From Octopus sinensis (taxonomy: Eukaryota), in NCBI RefSeq assembly GCF_006345805.1, contig NC_043005.1, forward strand, positions 20,832,001-20,896,000: 64,000 nt of DNA, in the 5' to 3' direction. Positions 1 to 13,590 of the stretch are shown here, piece by piece; the stretch's first letter is position 1, and each line of letters begins with the position of its first letter. The notes below the pieces were generated by a model. The model had not been told where the DNA came from. It saw only the letters and a program-made list of their open reading frames with translations, and did not search any database. Position numbers and translations under genes: made by a program.

Positions 1-370
1 ACAGACACCTTCATAAGAATTCTGGCAATTTTCCTTGGTAGCAGAATCAGATTGCATCAAGAGTGATACTCAAACCTTTGCCTGAATGTTTTCATTTTGG
101 ATAATCAATTTAGACATACTTTTTCTGATGGTGTGCTCTTGTTTAAGATTGCATGGCTGTAACAACAGACATCTTAGTTGATCACATGTTAAAGGAAGTT
201 TTTACCCTACAAAAGCACACTTTAAGGTTAGTAATGTACAAACTCAGGTGAATTGTTTTGTAACTTGTGGACTATTTTGTGAATTAGTTGTCAGTATATA
301 ATGCACATGTGTGGGTGTGTGAATGTGCATGTCAGCATTTAAAATGTATTTCTTTCTTTTTTTCTTCCAG

Positions 371-604
371 CCAATAATGAACATTTCAAGCTTAAAAAAG
401 TTAGCATACCAGTAGTGGGTATTTTAGGACAGTATAAGAATAAGACCTTAAAGGAATGTAATGAAGAATGCTACAGATATGATGGATGTAATTCTTACCA
501 GTATGAAGAGGAAAATAAATTATGTGTTCTGAGTAATGTGACTCAGTCGACTGATAAACTTAAACCCAGCAAAAAAAAAGTAGATGTGTACATAACTAAC
601 CCTG
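371..604 (+). CDS. Exon A1: PAN/Apple-like domain type A (4 Cys) of a PAN-Sushi repeat protein
   Basis: Polypyrimidine tract ending ttccag|, 234 bp open frame NNEHFKLKKVSIP...TLKECNEECYRYDGCNSYQYEEENKLCVLS...DVYITNP, donor G|GTCAGT; phase 1-1; paralogous to exons at 27223, 40346 and 63827. Confidence 0.9.
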
Positions 605-2386
605 GTCAGTAGACTATTTTCATTTTATTTATTATATGCATGTATTTTTGTATTTGCATCTGTGTGTGTGGCAATACTGCATGGCTAGGAGACATGGGCT
701 TTGATCTCAAAAGACATGAGAAGACTTGAAAGAAATGAATCGAGCATGCTCTATTCACTATGCAAATGTGTGCATATATGACGTAGTATAAATGTGCTGA
801 ATGCAAAACTGGTTTTAAAGAGAAATCAGATGTAGTGTGCAAGAAAGAAGACTATGCTTGTATGGACATGCTATGCATATGGATAACTAAAGATGGGTAG
901 AGCTTATGTATGATGGAGATGCAGGAAGACATGGGATGGAGTACTGATGGCTGACCTCAGGACACTGAATGTCATAGAAGTGATCACAGAGCACTGCAAT
1001 GTTTAGCAATATGTAATTTTTAAGAAGACTTGCTTTTTGCTTTACAACTGATTTCTGGCAGAACTTGGTTTGTATTGTGTGTGTGTGTGTGTGTGTTTGT
1101 GTATGGTGTGTGTGAGTACAAATGGGCATCTCACTCATATTACGTTTTCCTTATATCTTTCTCAACAGACCTTTATTCCTCCTTAAACCTTGCTACCTGA
1201 GGACATTTCAGTTGTTTCTTCCTTGCTACCTGAGAACTTTTCACTTGTTAGTCATTTTCTATTCAGTAATATTGCTCTCTACATCTACACATTTCACTGG
1301 TTATCCTCTCTGTCACCATATTATCCTTCCTCTTGCAAACCCATCCACCCTCTTGCATACAACAAGAGTAACTTAGTTTCATGCTGCTTGCCTCATCCTC
1401 AGTCATGAGCACCCAGTCCCTAGTGTAATAGCTAGTGTTCACTCAAGCCAACAATATATTGTAAACAAAGCGACCATCAGTAACTGATTTGCAACAAGTA
1501 AACCAGCTGGTTGTAAAATCTCAAGGAGATCAGAGTAGTAACTATACTAACAAGTCAATCACCACATGAAAGTGAGTGTTCCATATACATACATACATAT
1601 ATATATATATATATTGTTGTGTCTGGGGAGAGTCATTCTCTTTTAGTGCCTTATTATTTAACACACTCACCGGTAAAATTTCCACTTATTTCTTATTTTT
1701 ATTTTCTAAAATTTTTGTTGCGTCTTGCAACCTTTTCAATAGTCTTGACTCTGTCTGTTATTTACACTGCGTTCCCTTTTGTTTGTTTTTGCGCATGTGT
1801 GTGGGTCAGTGTGTGTGTGCCTATACATGCATACATGTACGTATGTATGTATGTGTGTTTGCATGTGTATGTATGTATATATGTGTGTGTATGTATATGT
1901 ATGTATGTATGTGTTTGCATCTGTATGTATGTATCCTGCATATTTATGTGTTTGCCTGTCAGTGTTTGTGTATTTTCTATGTATGTGTGTGTGAGCATGT
2001 GTTTGTATATGTATGCACCTCTGTCTCCTGGTGTGTGCATATCTGTGTGTGTGTGTGTTATGTAACTATGTACCATGTTTGTATGTATGGATGTGCATCC
2101 TTATATGTGTGGATCCGTGTCTCCATATGTGTCTGTTCATATAGTCTATATACCTATCCTTCTGTATATTGATCTGTTTATTTACATATCTAAATGCTTA
2201 CATACAGAAATAATAAATAAAAAAATATAAAAAACATAAAATAAAAAAATATTAAAAAATAACAAACATAAAAAACAAAAAAAATAATAATGATTTAAAA
2301 AAAAGGCATACACACACTCTCACACCCACATACATACATACATACATACATACATACATACATTTATCTACCTAACAGTCCACTAA

Positions 2387-2930
2387 CTATTCTACTTTAC
2401 CTGTGTAAACTGTGGGTATGGAGGTATGGTATTTATTGTGTATATTTCCTATTAATATTGGGGAGGTTTCATTTGTAAGGACATATTCTCGTATTTGACT
2501 GAGTGTTGGGTCTTTTGGGTGCTTGGATAAGATGCGGATGTCAAGTTGACCCAAGTTACCTCCATTGTGGTCTTTGGCATGTTGGTAGAGTATGGAGGAC
2601 TGTTTTCTGTCATCATATTGTCTTAGATGTTCATTTATCCGTTCCGCAATGCTCCTAGACGTCTCCCTTATGTACATCATGTTCATGTCCATACAAGCAC
2701 CTTCTATGCATCTTATGCTGTAAACTACATTTCGAGTTCTACAGTTAATACTAGGGCTAATTCTACACACCATGCAGTTATCATTGGTGCATATGGTATT
2801 CTTAAACGGGTACATCCTACATAGTTGTGATCTGATGGAGTTCCCTGGCTTTTCAACAATTTTAATGTTGAGTTTGCTCTCCTTCAGAGCTTTTCTAAAT
2901 CTATGGGCTAGTTCTCCATGGGCTGTGGAG
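2387..2930 (-). mobile_element. Penelope-like element fragment, GIY-YIG endonuclease
   Basis: ORF 2387-2815: C-x2-C...CRTRNVVYSIRC...YIRETSRSIAERINEH...LYQH...IRE, typical of the PLE endonuclease; boundaries approximate. Confidence 0.75.
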
Positions 2931-3289
2931 AACTAGCTAGAATAATGAACTAGTTAGAATAATGAACAATGTGTCCCCACTATGCGAACCCTGTGAAATG
3001 AAGAAACATATACAGAACTTCATACACTGCATGCAGTTCTCTGGATATGATCAGAAAGATAGGGTTCGTGTATACAGGGGGGCTAAAAAGAAATTAGATA
3101 ACATTATACGTAATGATACCAGTGGTACCTGCCCTAGATAGAGAAACAAAGAATGGAATAGAATACAAAGAACTTGTGACAAAGCAAACAGGGCGAACAT
3201 GTGGCATTAAACCGACAAATATCAAGGAGTGATGTTTGTAGAGGCCACAGTTTAGTCCCACTGCATGGCATCTTGTTACCACCTAATGC

Positions 3290-3766
3290 AACAATCAATG
3301 CTCAAGTCTACAGTCAGTAATTAGAGCATTTGAACCAAGCTTTGAAAAAAAAAGACCCGATTTAGTGAGTTGAAAAGGAGTAATGTTTCATCAGGACAAT
3401 GTGCAACCCCACACTGCAAAGATCACATCACAGAAGATTGAAGATCTGGGTTGGAAAAACATTCCTCATCCACCTTATTCTCCCAACTTGCTTCTTCAGA
3501 CTACCATTTGTTTCGTTGTTTACAGAATGATTTGGGGGGACATAACTTTTGCAAACCAGGAGGTGGTCGAAACTACATTTCAGAGTTCTTCACTTTGAAA
3601 CCAAAAGAGTTTTACTTTGATGGGATTAAAAAGCTTGTAAATAGATGGAAGGAAGTCATAGATAATCAGAGAAAGCACATTGATGATTAAATTTCAATTA
3701 AATATAACATTTGATCACTTGTTTTCTTTATTCAAAATTCAGACAGAACTTATGAGATGACCTGAT
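3290..3766 (+). mobile_element. Mariner (Tc1/mariner) transposase C-terminal relic
   Basis: FHQDNVQPHT, PHPPYSPN and ASSDYHLF motifs split across frames. Confidence 0.8.
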
Positions 3767-3771
3767 ATATA

Positions 3772-4496
3772 TCATCATCATCATCATCGTTTAACGTCTG
3801 TTTTCTATGCTAGCATGTGTTGGATGGTTCGAACAGGGCCTGGAAAGCTAGGAGGCTGCACCAGGCTCCAATCTGATCTGGCAGTGTTTCTATAGCTGGA
3901 TGCCCTTCCTAATGCCAACCACTCCGTGAGTGTAGTGGGTGCTTTTTACGGGCCACTGGCACAGGGGCCAGAGGAGGCTGGCAAACAGCCACGATCGATT
4001 GGTGCTTTTACGTGTCACCGACACGGACACTAGTCAGGCGGCACTGCCATCTCCCACATTCGGACGGTGCTTTTTATGTGTCACTGGCATGGGTATCTTA
4101 ACTATAATTTTCATTTGATTTTCATTTTGATGTTGATGAACTTGACACAATAGGTCTCCTCAAGAACAGCGGATCACTCTATGATCCAAGGTTAACACAG
4201 CAGGCCATCCTGCAAACCATGAACTCACTTCATTTGTTGGGTCTTCATAGTCACAGCATATCTCAGAGGTCTCGGTCTTCGTCATTTCCTTTGTGAGGCC
4301 CTACGTGCCACTGGCACGGGTATCACAACTACAATATCCATATGATTTTTATTTTGATGTTGATGAACTTGACACAATAGGTCTCCTCAAGCACAGCAAG
4401 CCGTCCTGCAAGCCATGAACTCACTTCATTTGTCAGGTCTTCGAAGTTACAGCATATCTCCAGAGGTCTCAGTCTTTCATCATAGCCTCTGTGAGG

Positions 4497-4500
<4 letters not shown>
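3772..4500 (-). mobile_element. RTE LINE 3' UTR fragments
   Basis: (CAT)n followed by cgtttaacgtc...gctggatgcccttcctaatgccaaccactccg, the reverse complement of the 3' end of the element at 9490-12470. Confidence 0.75.
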
Positions 4501-4531
<31 letters not shown>

Positions 4532-4823
4532 TTATATGTGTGTGTCTGTGTTTGTCAACCCCACCATCACTTGACAGCCAATGTTGGTGTGTTTATGTCG
4601 GCATAACTTAGTAGTTCAGCAAAAGAAACCAATAGAATAAGTACCAAGCTTACAAAGAATAAGTCCTGGGTTGATTTCTTCGACTAAAAGGCAGTGTTCT
4701 GGCATTTGCAGTTGTCAAATGACTGAAGCAAGTAATAAAATAACCAAAAGAGAATTGTATATAATTCTACTGCCTATTTTCCTTTCTTGCTTAGCTCAGA
4801 CAGTACTACTGATTCACCTTCTG

Positions 4824-5892
4824 TATGGTTGGATAAACTACATGTCACTAAAAACCAACTGATTCTAAGTTTAGTAAAGTTTTTCCAGTCAGATATGTTT
4901 TCCAAGGAGGAAGAGAAATGGAGAAAATGATTGTATTCAATGATGTCAAAAGCAGCTTACTCATGCACAAACACACAGACATGCACAGACATGCAGACAG
5001 ACAGACAGACAGGATGTTCTGCAAATCATGGTAGAACAAAATCTCATCATAACTGTTGAGGAACTAGCAGAGAAGCTTGAATTTGGTCAATCAACCATAC
5101 ATCAACACCTGTGTGCTGTCGGAAAAGTCTGCAAAGTGAGTGAACGAAATCCTTACAAACTGTCCATGTCTAATCACACACACAGAGCATATTTGTGCTC
5201 TTCTTTGCTGTCACATGTCACAAATGAACCTCCTTTGGACTGAATAGTGACTGGTGATTAGAAATAGGTTCTCTATAAAAATGTCAAGTGCCAAAGACAG
5301 TGGTTCGGGAAGGGAGAAACACTGGTACTCTAGGCTAAAGAAGGTCTTCATCCACATAAAGTGCTGTTATCTGTTTGTTGGGATATGAAAGGTTTAGTCC
5401 ACTTTGAAGTTTTAAATCCAAAGCAAATGATAACAAAGGAGATCTACTGTGAGCAGCTTAAGTCAGGAAAAGGAAAAAATGACCATCTTTGGTTTCAGGA
5501 CAAAAGGTGTTCTTCCATCAGGGTCATGCTCAGCCACATACAGTAAGGATGACCTGCCAAAGGCAGAAGCGCTTTGAAATGGAAACAATGTCCCTGCCAC
5601 CATATTCTCTGAATATTGCCCCATCTGATTATCATTTATTCCGTAGTCTTCAGAATCATTTGGATGGGAAAAATATGAATTCTGTAGAAGATGTCAGAAC
5701 AGTACTGGAGGAATATTTTTCATCACAGAGAAGTGAATTTTGGAAGGGGGAACTTGGATGTTTACTAGATAGATGGAAAAGCTTTGCAGAAAATGAAAGA
5801 GAGTATATTTTAGATCCAAAAGAAACTTTGTTCATCTTAATTTTATAAAAAAAAAAGTATAAGAATCGGCATTATTATTGGAATTACTCAAT
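4824..5892 (+). mobile_element. Degenerate mariner element
   Basis: HTH-like ITVEELAEKL...STIHQHL, MLLSVCWDMKGLVHFE and LPPYSLNIAPSDYHLFRSLQNHL; many stops and frameshifts; boundaries approximate. Confidence 0.8.
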
Positions 5893-7465
5893 CATCATCA
5901 TCATTTAATGTACATTTTCTATGTTGGCATGGGTTGGACGCTTTGACTGGGGCTGGTAAGTTGAAAGGCTGAACCAGACTCCAGTCTGATTTGGCATAGT
6001 TTTGAATGGCTGGATGCTCTTTCTAATGCCAACTACTCCGAGAGTGTAATGGGTGCTTTTATGTGCCAACGGTATGGGTGCCATTTGCATTACACCAGTA
6101 TCTGCCATGAATGTGAATTTGGTTGGCTTGATAGGTCTTCTTCTCAAGCATGCCACAATGCCAAAGTCTCAGTCATTGCTTTAATGGGGCCCAATGTTCA
6201 AATGGAACTCAGCCACATTGCCTCCACGAGGCCCAATACTCGAAAGTGCCCTTTGCATGCCACTAGTACCAGCATTGGTCACGACTTTGATTTCACTTGA
6301 CTTGACAGGCCTTCTCAAACACAGCATATCACCAAAGATTTTGGGCAGTAGTCATCGCCTCAGTGAAGCTAAAATTTCAAGGATCATGATTCACCACTTT
6401 GTCCTATGTCTTTCAGCACAGTTGTCTCTCTTGCACAGCACAGCTGATGCCTCTTAAACCTAACTTTTCTTTCAAGATGCTTACAATCTGCAAACAGCAG
6501 AGATAGGAGCTCTCTGAACTTTGCCCAGCCTAATCTTATTCTCACAGCTATGCCCTTGGAACATCCATCTCCGCTACCAAACTGGTTATCTAGATAACAG
6601 AGGCAGTCTACTACATCTAGCTTGCCCCCCACCTTCACCCCCTGCATTTGATGGAGTCTGTTTTCTGTATATTTTCAGTATTGATTGTACATGTTCATCT
6701 TCCACATACAAAGGCTAGTTTCCTTGTTAACCTTCCTCTGTTATTGCTACACCTTTTATGTGTCCAAAGCTTACAACGGGTGCATCTTATGGAATTTCTA
6801 CCTATGCCTTTTCTACAGATCGAGCAGGGCCATCTACATGAAAGGAATTGTCATTTGTCTGCCTTCTTACTTAATAAGACTTTGGTTTTTGTTAGGTTAA
6901 CTCTAAGGTCTTTCGATTCTAGGCCTTGCTTCCATACCTGGAACATCTTCTTTAGTTAAGTTAGTGATTCAGCTATAAGAGCAAGGTCATCAGCATAGAG
7001 GAGCTCACAAGGGCAGCCTGTCTTGAATTCCTGTTTTTGCCTAGAGTACTATGATGACCAAGAGGGAGCTGCACATCGATCCTCGGTGAACCCGTATTTG
7101 TACCCTGAATTCTTTGCTGGACACATTGCCAACGCTCACCTAACTTATAGCATCTTTGTATATAGCTTGTACAACTCTCACCAACCACTTGACTAACACT
7201 AGTTTATGAAGTGACCACTAGATAAAGGAACGGGGGATCCTGTCAAAGGTTTTCTCCTTGTCCACAAAAGCCAAATACAGAGATTTGTCTGTGGCTATGT
7301 ATTTCTCCTGAAGCTGCCTTACCAGAAATAGTATCAGTGGTGCTTCACCCTGGCACAAAACTAAACTGCATCTCCTCTAAGCTAACTTTCTCCCTAATTA
7401 GTTGGGCTGATACTATCTCCATAACTTTTGTCATCTGATTCAACAATTTGATACCTCCGTAATTA
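5893..7465 (-). mobile_element. Degenerate RTE LINE (RT, PHD finger, 3' UTR)
   Basis: The reverse strand matches the 9490-12470 family (ELLYADD, RVNLTKTKV, RLGWAKFRELL); (CAT)n tail near 5893. Confidence 0.8.
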
Positions 7466-8912
7466 TATAAATATATACTTTTGTCTATAAACATACATAG
7501 ATACATACATACATATCTTTACTATCATCTAACATTCATACTGCCATGAGATGGATTGTTCAACATGAACAAAAGAGGCATAGGGCTACCCCAACTTTTA
7601 ATTTCTGTGTTGGCATATTTTCTACAGCTAGATGCACTCTCTGAAACCAACTTAATTAGAGAGTGTACTGGTTACATTTTATGTGGCACCAGAACTGATG
7701 AAGTCACTAAGTATCCACAAGACAAGACTTAATGGTTATAATAATGAGGGATAAGAAACTAAGATGGAAACTCAGGAGTAGGTGACTTGGTAAAGAGGTG
7801 AATACTTGGTTCTCCATCTCAAAAGTCAAAAGAGAAAGAGAGAGAGAGAGAAATAGAGAGAGATGTAATGTTAAGATATAAACTTGGTGTGGATGATAGA
7901 ATAAGATAGAGGAGCAGAAAAGCTGGCAGTGTAGGTAAATGTGCTACAGTGTGAATTGTGTGACAGATGAGTGGAGATAAGGAATGGGTTGGATGCAGAG
8001 AATATCAGTTCAGCAGTAGGGAAATGAAAGAAAGAAATAGTGTACTCCTAAAAATTGATAGAAAAATGAGTGTTAGAGAAGGAGCTGTTGGGAAAGGCTT
8101 GACAGAACCTCAATTCTGCTGCGATGAATGGGTCTTCTCAAGCACAGCATATTGCCATTCATCTCAGTCCTCAAGGAGGCTCAGCATCTTGAAGTCAGTC
8201 TTCTACATTTCATCACATATTTTTCCAAGTTTCCTTCTTTTATATGCCCTTTGCACATTTTATAATCAGCACTTTTGTATACAGCTGACCTCATCCCTCT
8301 GCAGAGGTATATAACATTAAAATCCTCTGTTCTGCACACTTCCTTTGTATGCCAAATTTTAATACAGTATGTTTGTAGCTTGTTGAACAGACACACTGAT
8401 GTTGCACATCCATGAGAGCATGCTAGTTTAAATTCTTTCTAGTTTTTGCCCAAGATTACATAACATGTAGCATTGCTGTTCATACACAGTCATCAAAATT
8501 GGTAATACTTTTCCGAATTTCTCCAAATAATTCTTATTCTGGCAACTATATTTACAGAGCATTCTCCTCCATTGCCAATTAGGCCACCTAGGTAACAGAA
8601 AATATATCCTACTTCTAGGGACCCTCCTGGGTATTACAGAATATGTTTCCTGTGTAACCTTTGTGTTTATTGCTCCTGCCACAAACAAATTCTACTTTTT
8701 CTGTTAATCTTCCTCTGAATCCCCAGCATGTTTTATGTGTTCATAGTTTGCACTGAGTGCTGTATGGAATTGTGACCTACTCCTTTTCTACAGATAGAGC
8801 AGGACTGTTTACTGAAAGGATTGGTATCCTATCTGCCTGTCTGTCTGTATGTATGTATTTATATCATCATCATTTATCTTCCATCTTCCATGCTGGCATG
8901 TGTTGGACCATA

Positions 8913-8977
8913 TATGTGTGTGTGTGTGTGTGTGTGTTTATGTGTGTATTGATATCTTTACATGTGTGTGTGCCTGC

Positions 8978-9066
<89 letters not shown>

Positions 9067-9072
9067 TGTGTG
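8913..9072. repeat. Compound (TG)n/(TA)n microsatellite (representative; similar tracts near 1800-2060, 12900-13045, 37510-37590, 38205-38435, 55260-55465, 58160-58600, 59405-59452)
   Basis: Read directly from the sequence. Confidence 0.95.
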
Positions 9073-9119
9073 TTGTATGCATGTATGTATCATTTATATG
9101 TATGTCATTGTTCAGTTTT

Positions 9120-12100
9120 TTATCAAGATTTCTTGCCAATAGAGAAAGAACTTGTTTCTGACCAGTATCCAAGGCTTCTTCATTGGAATTTGAACATCAA
9201 CAACGTGTTTTTGTTAGTATATATGTATTTATGTATTTACGCAGATTATAATGCTTTGCTTTATGCATGTATTCTCATGCATATTGTTGCATATCTAGAC
9301 ATGCTCATATGTATTTGAATAATAAACTTCTGGAAAGTTGTACAGATTTTTACAGTTCCAGTGATTGATTGGATCTGTAGTCTTCAAATTAGCTCTCTCC
9401 TTTTTGGTTTTGAGAGGCTTCATTTCTCACGATCAGTGTTTAGGCAGTGTGTTACATAACCCAGTGTCTCAATAATTGCAGGTATAAACGACAGAGACCT
9501 TCTCTTTGTGGCTGGTGACTTCAATGGTCACGTTGGACGACATGCTGGGGGCTTCCATGGCGTACATGGAGGCTATGGCTATGGTTCCCACAATGAGGAG
9601 GGAACCAGGCTGCTGGAGTTCTGCGATGCAAATAATCTTATGATTTGCAACACTAACTTCAGGAAACCTACCAGCCACCTAGTCACCTACCGATCGGGCC
9701 AGCATACCAGCCAAATTGACTACATCCTTGCCAGGCAAAGGGAAAGATGGCTACTTATAAATGCCAAAACCTTCCCAGGTGAAGAATGTACCCAACAACA
9801 TAGACTGGTAGTTAGTGACTTTAGGATCAGGACTAGGAGGACAACCAGAAGACGACCAACATGGAGAAGAAGGATCTGGAAGCTTAAAGATCCTGCGAAT
9901 GGACAGGGATTAAGGACATGCTACTTGAAGCCTTTGATGAAGTAGAAGGGGATAGAGTATCACATGGGGTAGAGGGCAACTGGACGTTTCTAAGGGACAA
10001 CCTGCTGAGAGCCACTGACCAGATCTGTGGCTGGTGCAAAGTCCCCTCTCGTCCCAAGGTAACGTGGTGGTGGAACACTGTTGTAGACAGGGCTATTAGA
10101 GAAAAGAGACAGACTTGGAAGCACTGGAAGAATGGTGGTAGCAGGGAATTGTATAAGACTGTCAAAAGGGAAGCTAGGAGACAGGTCTATCTAGCCAGAG
10201 GGGAAACAGTTAAGAAAAAATTTGCCAATGTTCTGCGCCGTGAGGACCAAAGACTGGAGGTGTTTCGTGTTGCAAGACAGTGTGTGAGAGAGAATTGTGA
10301 TGTGGTAGGAGAGAAGTGTGTTCGCATGGAAGATGGTTCACTTGCGCTAAAGAGGATGCAAAGAGAGAGGCTTGGAGAAGCCACTATGAAAGGTTGCTGA
10401 ATAAAGAAAATGAATGGGATAAAGAGAGTCTGCCGAATGTTGACCCAACAGAGGGACCAGCTATCAGGGTTGATAGTTCCTTGGTAGTTAAGGCAATTAG
10501 AAGCATGAAGACAGGGAAAGCCCCAGGCCCATCAGGTATCACTGCAGAGATGCTCAAAATATCTGGTAGTGTCGGCTATAGCCTAGTCACCCGTATAGTT
10601 AATCAGGTGATACACGAAGGAGTCATACCCAATGACTGGTGTAGCAGCATAATAGTCAACTGCTACAAAGGTAAAGGTAATGCCCTAGATACAAATAATT
10701 ACAGAGGTATCAAGCTGTTGGATCAGGTGATGAAGGTTACAGAGAGGGTCATAAGCCAACTAATTAGAGAGAGAGTTAGTTTAGATGAGATGCAGTTTGG
10801 GTTCGTGGTAGGGGTCCACCAAGGCTCAGTCCTCAGCCCCCTCCTATTTATCATAGTCCTCCAGGCAATAACGGAGGAATTCAAGACAGGATGCCCCTGG
10901 GAGCTCCTCTAAGCTGATGACCTTGCTCTAATTGCTGAGTCACTATCAGAACTGGAGGAGAAGTTTCAGTTGTGGAAGCAAGGTTTAGAATCGAAGGGCC
11001 TTAGAGTCAATCTAGCTAAAACCAAAGTCGTAATAAGTAGGAAGGTAGACAAATCACAAACGCCTTCAGGTAGATGGCCCTGCTCGATCTGTAGAAAAGG
11101 TGTAGGTAGAAACTCTATAAGATGCACCAAGTGTAAGCTATGGACACATAAGAGGTGCAGCAATGTCAAAGGAAGGCTAACTAGGAAGATGGTTTTTGTA
11201 TGTGGCAGATGCTCGGGAGCATTAACCTCTGAAAATCTGCAGAAAACAACTTCCGTCACTTTCCAGGGGAAAAAACTAGAAGTAGTTGATAGCTTCCGTT
11301 ATCTTGGTGACCAAGTCAGTAGTGGGGGTGGGTGTGCTGAAAGTGTAACAGCTAGAGTAAGAATAGCCTGGGCAAAGTTTAGGGAGCTCTTACCTCTGCT
11401 GGTGACTAAAGGCCTCTCGCTCAGAGTAAAAGGCAGACTGTATGATGCATGTGTACGAACAGCCATGCTACATGGCAGTGAAACATGGGCTGTGACTGCT
11501 GAGGACATGTGTAAGCTCATGAGAAATGAAGCCAGTATGCTCCGATGGATGTGTAATGTCAGTGTGCATGCTCGACAGAGCGTTAGTACACAGAGAGAAA
11601 TATTGGACCTAAGGAGCATCAGTTGTGGTGTGCAAGAGAGACGTTTGCGCTGGTATGGTCATGTGGCGAGAATGGATGAAGATAGGTGTGAAAAAGTGCC
11701 AATCCCTAGCAGTGGAGGGAACCCGTGGAAGAGGTAGACCCAGGAAAACTTGGGACGAGGTGGTGAAGCACGACCTTCGAACTTTAGGTCTCACTGAGGA
11801 AATGAGCAGCGACCGAGACCTTTGGAAATATGCTGTGCGTGAAAAGACCAAGCAGGACAAGTGAGTCCAGCCCACTTATGCATGCTTTTCCTCCCTTGGA
11901 CACACAAAGACCTGTTGAGGCAAGCGAAGTCGATATCGAACCTCATCCGACGACAGGCACCTATGCCAACCCCCCTTAGCTTGCGAAGACCTGTTGGGGC
12001 AAGTGAAACCGAAATCGAAATCGGAATCGAAATTGAACCAATCCTATGACTGGTACCTGGTAGATGCCAGGACCCCTGGACTGGAGATACGTAAAAAGCA

Positions 12101-12870
12101 CTATCCGAATCGTGGCTGATGCCAGCGCCGCCTCGACTGGCTTCCGTATCGGTGGCACGTAAAAAGCACCATCCGAATCGTGGCCGAAGCCAGTGCCGCC
12201 TCGACTGGCTTCCGTGCAGGTGGCATGTAAAATGCACCAATCCGACCGTGGCTGATGCCAGCCTCACCTGGCACCAGTGCAGGTGGCACGTAAAAAGCAC
12301 CCACTACACTCACGGAGTGGTTGGTGTTAGGAAGGGCATCCAGCTGTAGAAACATTGCCAGATAAGACCGGAGCCTGGTGCAGCCTTCTGGCTTCCCAGA
12401 TCCCCGGTTGAACCGTCCAACCCATGCTAGCAAGGAGAACGGACGTTAAACGATGATGATGATGATGATGATAAACCTCAACTTGTAATCTGGATAGAGC
12501 AACTGCAAATTTCTCAATAGTTCAGTGTAGGTATCCTCTTTTTCACTTATTTTCAGTGTTAACGTCACTATGGAGCTAATTTACAGAACTATACACAGTT
12601 TCTCTTCTATCTCCCAAATCATTATGTCAGGTCTATTGTGCTTAGAATTTGTTGAGGTTTTCACTTGGATAATCCACCAGTACTTCTTTTTATTACGAGT
12701 GGTTATGACTTCTACCATACTGTGGGTTCATATTTCTTTGTTCTCTGGGTTATCATTCCCACGGATTTCATTATAGCATTACTTCTTTGTTACTTCATCA
12801 TATCTCATTGATTAATGATATCATGATGACATTTTCGGACAACTGCATATGATGTGGGTGATATGTATGG
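9120..12870 (-). mobile_element. Restriction-like endonuclease (R2/R4/NeSL-type) LINE 3' fragment split by the RTE insertion (host parts 9120-9489 and 12471-12870)
   Basis: The two flanks rejoin to match the + strand copy at 28490-29260 (KHNRPDIMIWD...Y.ELLRNLQL.YPDY). Confidence 0.75.
9490..12470 (+). mobile_element. RTE-clade LINE, 5'-truncated: APE endonuclease C-terminus, RT, PHD-type finger, (GAT)n tail
   Basis: AGDFNGHVG/SQIDYIL (APE), KAPGPSG/NYRGIKLL/GVHQGSVLSPLLF (RT), YADD mutated to *ADD, internal deletion near 10810, TSD ATAAAC at 9484-9489 and 12471-12476. Confidence 0.93.
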
Positions 12871-12938
12871 TGTTAACTCCACAATGCTTGTATCAGTTGT
12901 CATGTATGTATGTATGTGTGTATGTATGTATGTATGTA

Positions 12939-12983
<45 letters not shown>

Positions 12984-13590
12984 ATGTATGCATGTGTGTA
13001 TGGATGTATGTATGTGTATGTGATGTATGTGTGTGTGTGTATATATATTTCATCATTGTTCCTTAACAACTGTAATTAAAGGGCTATTTACTATTGAAAT
13101 TTTTAAATATTTTCCTGTATATGTGAGAACATTTCAATATAAAATTACCTTTAAAAGTCAATTTAAATGTTATGAAATACATTTCCTCAAGACAAAAATC
13201 ACATTTAAAATTTCTAGTATTGTACAATGGTGCATAACTAATAATGGACCACTTTAAATCTTAGTTAATTTTCCTGTCTTTTAAATCTCAAATGCATTTA
13301 CTAATATTTGTTGAATTACTAACATTTGAAAAATTTCTTCTACACTTGAATGAGGAAGAATTATTATGTAATCTAGATTTCCCATGAATATAGGCAATAA
13401 TATGTAGAATCCCCTCTTATGACCTTTCATTTCCACACTATATTCTTCCTTGAACCCTGATTTTATAAAGGTAATAATTTTGTTTCTGAAATTACAAAAG
13501 CATTCACTTGCATGTGGTATTCATGGTCAAAGGAATTAGTCGTAATCCTCCTCTCAGAAGTATGTATTAAGATGGTATTATTATCAGTAA

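Noticed and set aside
1576-2172. Long Cys/Val/Tyr/Met- or His/Thr-rich ORFs (also near 8757-9318, 12805-13079, 38156-38584, 44360-44818, 58150-58569)
   Set aside because: They are translations of (TG)n, (TA)n and (TATG)n microsatellites.
12080-12310. Spaced repeats superficially like a CRISPR array
   Set aside because: They are degenerate tandem units of an RTE 3' UTR with no unique spacers and no cas genes, in eukaryotic context.
9490-12470. Potentially active or domesticated reverse transcriptase gene
   Set aside because: It is 5'-truncated, frameshifted, has an internal RT deletion and carries a stop in YADD.
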